Shown here piece by piece: positions 59,792 to 64,000 of a stretch of DNA of 64,000 bases (its first letter is position 1; each line of letters begins with the position of its first letter). The notes under the pieces were generated by a model, which saw only the letters and a list, made by a program, of their open reading frames with translations, ran no database searches and was not told the origin of the DNA. This DNA comes from Candidatus Staskawiczbacteria bacterium. GTDB lineage: Bacteria > Patescibacteriota > Minisyncoccia > Minisyncoccales > Staskawiczbacteraceae. The stretch is from positions 16,532 through 80,531 of the forward strand of contig CAILLM010000004.1 in NCBI GenBank assembly GCA_903835075.1. Reading direction: 5' to 3'. The translations under genes and the position numbers were made by a program.

Positions 59792-61117
59792 ATGAAAAAT
59801 AAAATATCTATAGCATCTTTTTTGGTGGCATATTGTTTAACGATAATATCCCCTTCTACATTAGCTGTCTCACTTAAGCCGGGTATTATGCCCACCATTC
59901 CGGCTATAATCCCTCAAGTAGTCGATATTTCTAAGGCGAATTTTTTAGCGCCTAATTTTCATGTTAGTAATTTAAATATTAATGAAATATCGGGAAGCGA
60001 AATAAAGGGTAATTTTACGACGACTAATCAAGAAAATTATTATACGGCAGACTTAAATTACGAAATGAAATTGTTTAAAGGCACAGATTTCCAAAGTTTA
60101 AAATTAATTGATCTCGTAGCTATAAGTGATCCATTTTTTATACAACCAAATGGAGAAGTCGCCAAATCTTTTGTATACAATTATCCACAAAATATTGTTA
60201 GCGGAGATTACACCTTAAGAATACAAATAATCACAGGTAGGGGTATGGAGCTCGGTTGGCAAGATAAAGTTATTTTGCTAAAAGGAAATAATAAATTTTT
60301 AGATATAGATTTTTTAACTGCTAAAGTTTTATCTGGAACAATTTCGGGAACTCCTTTAGAGGGCATAAACGTGGCCTCAACAGATGATGTTTCTGGCAGT
60401 TTAAAAGTCCAAAATACAGGTAAGGCAATTACTGTTGTTCCACAAATAAAAATTTACAAAAGGCAAATTAACATGCCCGTAGTAAAAGAATATAATGATT
60501 CGGCAATAACTTTTGCCAAAGGTGAAACAAAAACAGTAACTTTAAAAATGCCAAAATTAGATATACCAGAATCATATTTGGCTGAAGTTAAATTTTTTGA
60601 AAACAATCAGCAAGTTTCTGGTTTACAATATTTTAGATGGGTAGTGGAAGGTGACAGCGGGAAAATAATTTACATAAAAGCAGATAAAGATTTTTATAAA
60701 GCAGGAGACGCAATTAATTTAACAATTCAAACAGTTGGTCCTGCCGATGGCAGCAACGCAGGGACAGGCCAATTGCAAGTAATTGTTTCTGATAAAAACA
60801 AAAAACAAATTGCTAAAATTTTAAAAGATGTGTCGCTAACCGGCGGATTGCTTCCATCAATAATTTCAATTCCTGTTAAATATGATTTAGTTTCTCCAAT
60901 AATTGACGTTAAACTAACTAAAGCAGGAAAAATATTAGATGAGCAGAATATTAATTTACCCGTATTTTCTTCAACAGCTATCCAATTAGAAAAACAGATA
61001 TTGCAAAAAAAATCATCAAACATAAATTATTTAATATATGTGTTTGCGATCTTAGTTATCGTGGCTATTATTTTGATTTTCATATTTTATAAATTGAAAT
61101 TTAGAAAAATTAAATGA
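59792..61117 (+). CDS. Secreted protein with a C-terminal TM anchor (surface protein, function unknown)
   Basis: Signal peptide (ASFLVAYCLTIISPSTLA), a beta-rich body, and a C-terminal hydrophobic helix plus basic tail (YLIYVFAILVIVAIILIFIFYKLKFRK). Confidence 0.75.
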   Translation: MKNKISIASFLVAYCLTIISPSTLAVSLKPGIMPTIPAIIPQVVDISKANFLAPNFHVSNLNINEISGSEIKGNFTTTNQENYYTADLNYEMKLFKGTDFQSLKLIDLVAISDPFFIQPNGEVAKSFVYNYPQNIVSGDYTLRIQIITGRGMELGWQDKVILLKGNNKFLDIDFLTAKVLSGTISGTPLEGINVASTDDVSGSLKVQNTGKAITVVPQIKIYKRQINMPVVKEYNDSAITFAKGETKTVTLKMPKLDIPESYLAEVKFFENNQQVSGLQYFRWVVEGDSGKIIYIKADKDFYKAGDAINLTIQTVGPADGSNAGTGQLQVIVSDKNKKQIAKILKDVSLTGGLLPSIISIPVKYDLVSPIIDVKLTKAGKILDEQNINLPVFSSTAIQLEKQILQKKSSNINYLIYVFAILVIVAIILIFIFYKLKFRKIK

Positions 61118-62901
61118 AAATATCTCGCGCATTATTTTTTGCTATAATCACCTTCGCCTTAGGTTTTGCTGGCGTTGTTTCTGCTGCTCCTCCCGCTCCT
61201 GGGAAGCCTATTTTACAAAATACCAATAATCCAAATGTCACAAGTCTTACAAATCCAACATTTACAGTTTCCTGTGAAACTGGTGATGATGTTTATTTAA
61301 TGTCAGACGGAAATGGTATAGGAGTATCACCAGACTATGTTTTTGGTAGATGTGCAAGCGGGTTGGTAGCCCTTACAGTGCCCAGTGGTAAATTGAGTAC
61401 AGGGGTAGTACACAATATAACTGCCATTCAATACAGGTTGCCATACGATTTTTATGGTTCATATCCTAACAATTTATCTCCAAGTTCGCCAGCTCTTTCA
61501 TTGACTATAAATATAAGCACGGGTACGAGCGGAGGCACATTCCCTGTCAATCCTACTAGTTTTCCTGATATTTGCAGTCTCAAGTCTCTTTATAGCTTAC
61601 CTAATCTATCTGGAGCTTGTAATTCCAGCTGTCCTTACGGGAGTCAGAAATGCACCATGACAGACGCGTATGGTGATTGTACGCTATCTACGCCATGCTG
61701 TACGCCAAATAGATATTGTCCCAATAAAGGTACTATCAACTCTACAAATTGTGGTGGCGTAGAATATACAAACGTGCCACTTTATTATAATGGTTCTTTT
61801 GCTTACTCATATGATTCCTGTGGCGCATATAATAGTGGCACATGGAGTCCCGATAGTACTTATAGTAGTCGCCTTTCACTAGTTATAAACCAAGGGCCAA
61901 CAGCAAATGCTGAATATTGCCCAGGTGATCATATACCTACTAGTGGATCAGCAACAATAACCGCATGTAGCAATTCCGTAGCCCCACTTGTGGAGGTTTG
62001 TTTCGACACCAGTAGTTGCGTTGCTATTACAGGTATCTCTAATAACTTTAATGGAGGGATCACTTGGGATTCATATTGGGCTGTTGGTGGGGGAAGTGGT
62101 GAAGCAGCCTTTGCAGGTTTAAGATATATTGAACCTTTTCAATATAAAACTTCTGGACTCCCGGTAGAAACTGATTTAGGAGATGTCGAGACGCCTATTT
62201 ATATAGGGCACGCTGGTCATTGTGGTACAGCCACAACGGGCGGGGGCACATATTCTTCGGCGCCACCCACTAATACTCTTTGTGACCAAAGCAGAAATTA
62301 TGGAAATACAACTCCTACACACAGTGGTAGTCTATGGAGTTGGACATGTAAGGGAGCTACTGGAAGTTGTGCAGGGCAAGACCAAGCTTGCACAGCACTA
62401 TATCAGTATCAGGCGCCCCTTGTTGCGACCTGTTCGGTTTCTCCAGATTCTGCATGTGCAGGAACCTCGGTAACTTGGACAGCATCTGCTAGCGGAGGCA
62501 CAGGTTCTTATTCTAGCTATTATTGGAGTGGAACGGAGAGTTTTTATGGGCAGAGTGTTAACAAAACTTATTCAATATCTAATGGATTGTCATCAACCAA
62601 AACAGAACATGTCACAGTGACCGACTCTTCGGGTAACTCTGCAACTAGCGCCTCTTGTGTTGCTACAATAAACCCAGCTGTTGTAATTTGTGGAAATGCA
62701 GAGGGTGGTTATTTGGCTGGAGAAGATTTTCCACGAGAACCATGGGATTACCCTTACAACTATTGTGCGATAGGAACTTTCACGCCCTCAGCCTCAACCT
62801 ACACTTATAGAGTGCGTGCAATAAATAAAAATACTCAAACAGGCGCTGATCAAATTGGGAATTGGTCAAATGTTGTTAATGCTACACCGCCTTCACAATA
62901 A
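61114..62901 (+). CDS. Secreted Cys/Gly/Ser/Thr-rich protein (surface/adhesin-like, function unknown) with an FN3-like C-terminal end
   Basis: Signal peptide MKISRALFFAIITFALGFAGVVSA and many Cys. The C-terminus, YTYRVRAINKNTQTGADQIGNWSNVVNATP, resembles the last strands of a fibronectin type III domain. It has an ATGA overlap with the upstream gene. Confidence 0.75.
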   Translation: MKISRALFFAIITFALGFAGVVSAAPPAPGKPILQNTNNPNVTSLTNPTFTVSCETGDDVYLMSDGNGIGVSPDYVFGRCASGLVALTVPSGKLSTGVVHNITAIQYRLPYDFYGSYPNNLSPSSPALSLTINISTGTSGGTFPVNPTSFPDICSLKSLYSLPNLSGACNSSCPYGSQKCTMTDAYGDCTLSTPCCTPNRYCPNKGTINSTNCGGVEYTNVPLYYNGSFAYSYDSCGAYNSGTWSPDSTYSSRLSLVINQGPTANAEYCPGDHIPTSGSATITACSNSVAPLVEVCFDTSSCVAITGISNNFNGGITWDSYWAVGGGSGEAAFAGLRYIEPFQYKTSGLPVETDLGDVETPIYIGHAGHCGTATTGGGTYSSAPPTNTLCDQSRNYGNTTPTHSGSLWSWTCKGATGSCAGQDQACTALYQYQAPLVATCSVSPDSACAGTSVTWTASASGGTGSYSSYYWSGTESFYGQSVNKTYSISNGLSSTKTEHVTVTDSSGNSATSASCVATINPAVVICGNAEGGYLAGEDFPREPWDYPYNYCAIGTFTPSASTYTYRVRAINKNTQTGADQIGNWSNVVNATPPSQ

Positions 62902-62928
62902 AAATACTATTTTAAAATAGTATTTGTG

Positions 62929-62956
62929 AAAATCGGCGCTTGTGCCGATTTTTTGT
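62929..62956 (+). terminator. Rho-independent terminator (preceded by a 24-bp AT palindrome at 62902-62925)
   Basis: aaaatcggc / gccgatttt stem, then a T-run. Upstream, aaatactatttt/aaaatagtattt is a perfect palindrome. Confidence 0.7.
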
Positions 62957-62986
62957 TGTGGTAAAATACAGTGTCACCATACAATT

Positions 62987-64000
62987 ATGATAAATAAAGG
63001 AATTGCCACATTTACTTTAGATTACGGAAAATGCCCGAAGTGGCTTTTTGACCGAATGGTTTTGTTGTCCAAAAGAATGATTTATGCAATTATTGCCGAA
63101 GAAGGGCCAGATGAATTTATTAAAAGAATTTCAGACCCTGTTTGGTTTCAACCTTTGGGTACAGTTTTGGCTTTTGATTGGAACGCTTCTGGTTTAACAA
63201 CAATTTTAACAGCAGCTCTAAAAGAGGCAATACGCGGAAGTAAAAAAGATTTGGGTATTTTTATTTGTGGAGGAAAAGGAAAAACAAGTTTAAAAACACC
63301 AGAACAAATTTTAACTTGGGCTGAAAGAATTTCAATGCCAGAAGAATCAGCCAACGCCTTAGTTTACAATTCAAAAATGGCGGCAAAAGTTGATAGCTCT
63401 CTTGTACAAGATGGTTTTCAAATTTATCACCATTGTTTTTTCTTTTCTAAAAATGGTGCATGGACTGTTGTGCAACAGGGCATGAATGTAGAAGAACAAT
63501 CAGCAAGAAGATATCACTGGTATTCAAAAGATTTAACAGATTTAATTCAAGAGCCGCACTCAGGAATTTCTTCTGAAGTAAAAATTAAAGAAGTTTTAAA
63601 TATGACCTCAAACAAAAGTGAAAAAAATAGGGGACTAAGTACAGAGCTTGTTTCGCAAAGTTTTAATACTTTGATGAAAGACATAACTTTGTTGCGAAAA
63701 TATTTTACGCCATTGTCGCAAATGGTTGCTGTGCAAGACGGGAAGGAGCAATTGACGCTTTTAAACTTGGAAAATAAAGAATTTAATTGGCACCCCGTTG
63801 TTACAGAAGACTTTTCAAAATCAAAATATTTAGAAAAAATTTTATGGAGACTGTGTGACCAACAACCAGAAAATTATGAAAAACTTTTAGCAACTCCAGG
63901 CGTTGGCCCAAAAACTATAAGAGCCTTGGCCTTGGTTTCTGAAGTAATTTATGGAGCAAAACCTTCTTATGAAGATCCTGCTAGGTATTCTTTTGCTCAT
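62987..64000 (+). CDS. DUF763-family protein, 3' partial (runs off the window; absent from the ORF track)
   Basis: My translation from ATG 62987 is open for 338 codons to the window end: MINKGIATFTLDYGKCPKWLFDRMVLLSKRM...ISDPVWFQPLGTVLAFDWNASGLTTILT...TPGVGPKTIRALALVSE. The GK.P.WLF.RM / DP.WFQ / DW..SG.TT blocks match my memory of DUF763. Confidence 0.7.
   Translation, partial: MINKGIATFTLDYGKCPKWLFDRMVLLSKRMIYAIIAEEGPDEFIKRISDPVWFQPLGTVLAFDWNASGLTTILTAALKEAIRGSKKDLGIFICGGKGKTSLKTPEQILTWAERISMPEESANALVYNSKMAAKVDSSLVQDGFQIYHHCFFFSKNGAWTVVQQGMNVEEQSARRYHWYSKDLTDLIQEPHSGISSEVKIKEVLNMTSNKSEKNRGLSTELVSQSFNTLMKDITLLRKYFTPLSQMVAVQDGKEQLTLLNLENKEFNWHPVVTEDFSKSKYLEKILWRLCDQQPENYEKLLATPGVGPKTIRALALVSEVIYGAKPSYEDPARYSFAH

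Noticed and set aside
59620-59898. 92-aa minus-strand ORF containing PPPPEP
   Set aside because: The proline run is simply the complement of the G11 tract. The ORF spans an intergenic promoter region and the 5' end of the + strand gene.

Overview
AT-rich, very gene-dense window with almost every gene on the + strand. There is no rRNA and no CRISPR array. UGA is used as a stop codon, and Shine-Dalgarno motifs are essentially absent. The gene content and style read like a Patescibacteria/CPR (Parcubacteria-like) chromosome segment; this placement is an inference.

Layout:
(1) 1-14.9 kb: a tightly packed surface-glycan biosynthesis cluster. It holds a Wzx-like flippase, several glycosyltransferases, WecB, two SDR epimerases, a methyltransferase, a PglC-like initiating transferase, a split transketolase, a DegT aminotransferase and a PglF/CapD-like dehydratase.
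(2) 15-25 kb: housekeeping genes. These are a HExxH/PG-binding secreted protein, murB, hpf, secA, a CAP-domain protein, DUF1653, a YfcE-like phosphoesterase, secD and secF.
(3) 26.0-38.6 kb: the most unusual locus. A small TM protein, a Trp-rich membrane protein and a VirD4/TraD-like ATPase come first. Four tandem paralogs of a ~560-590 aa cysteine-rich zinc-ribbon/solenoid-like protein follow, then a CutA-like protein and a second paralogous ATPase. A CxxC-x17-CxxC ribbon is shared between the first ATPase tail and the paralogs. I could not assign this locus to any described system.
(4) 38.6-45.8 kb: pgk, a DHH/RecJ-like protein, a small Cys-rich TM protein, RNase P RNA (- strand), a CofE-like protein, murJ and lepA.
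(5) 45.9-52.6 kb: a secreted protein with three thrombospondin-type-1-like Cys/Trp repeats and a beta-CASP nuclease (- strand). Next is a tRNA(CAU)-like / GIY-YIG / tRNA(CAU) / tRNA-Asp cluster, then cyclophilin. A visibly GC-richer GH16+Big_2 glycosidase gene (- strand) looks horizontally acquired.
(6) 52.6-59.6 kb: an EamA transporter, riboflavin kinase, ABC-F, an M14 peptidase, YtxH, a pseudouridine synthase and an LtaS-like protein.
(7) 59.7-62.9 kb: a G11 homopolymer sits inside a promoter spacer upstream of two secreted/surface proteins, making this a phase-variation candidate.
(8) 62,987 to the window end: a 3'-partial DUF763 gene that is missing from the ORF track.

Several short GC-rich hairpin/repeat motifs recur in intergenic regions and, in frame, inside conserved genes.
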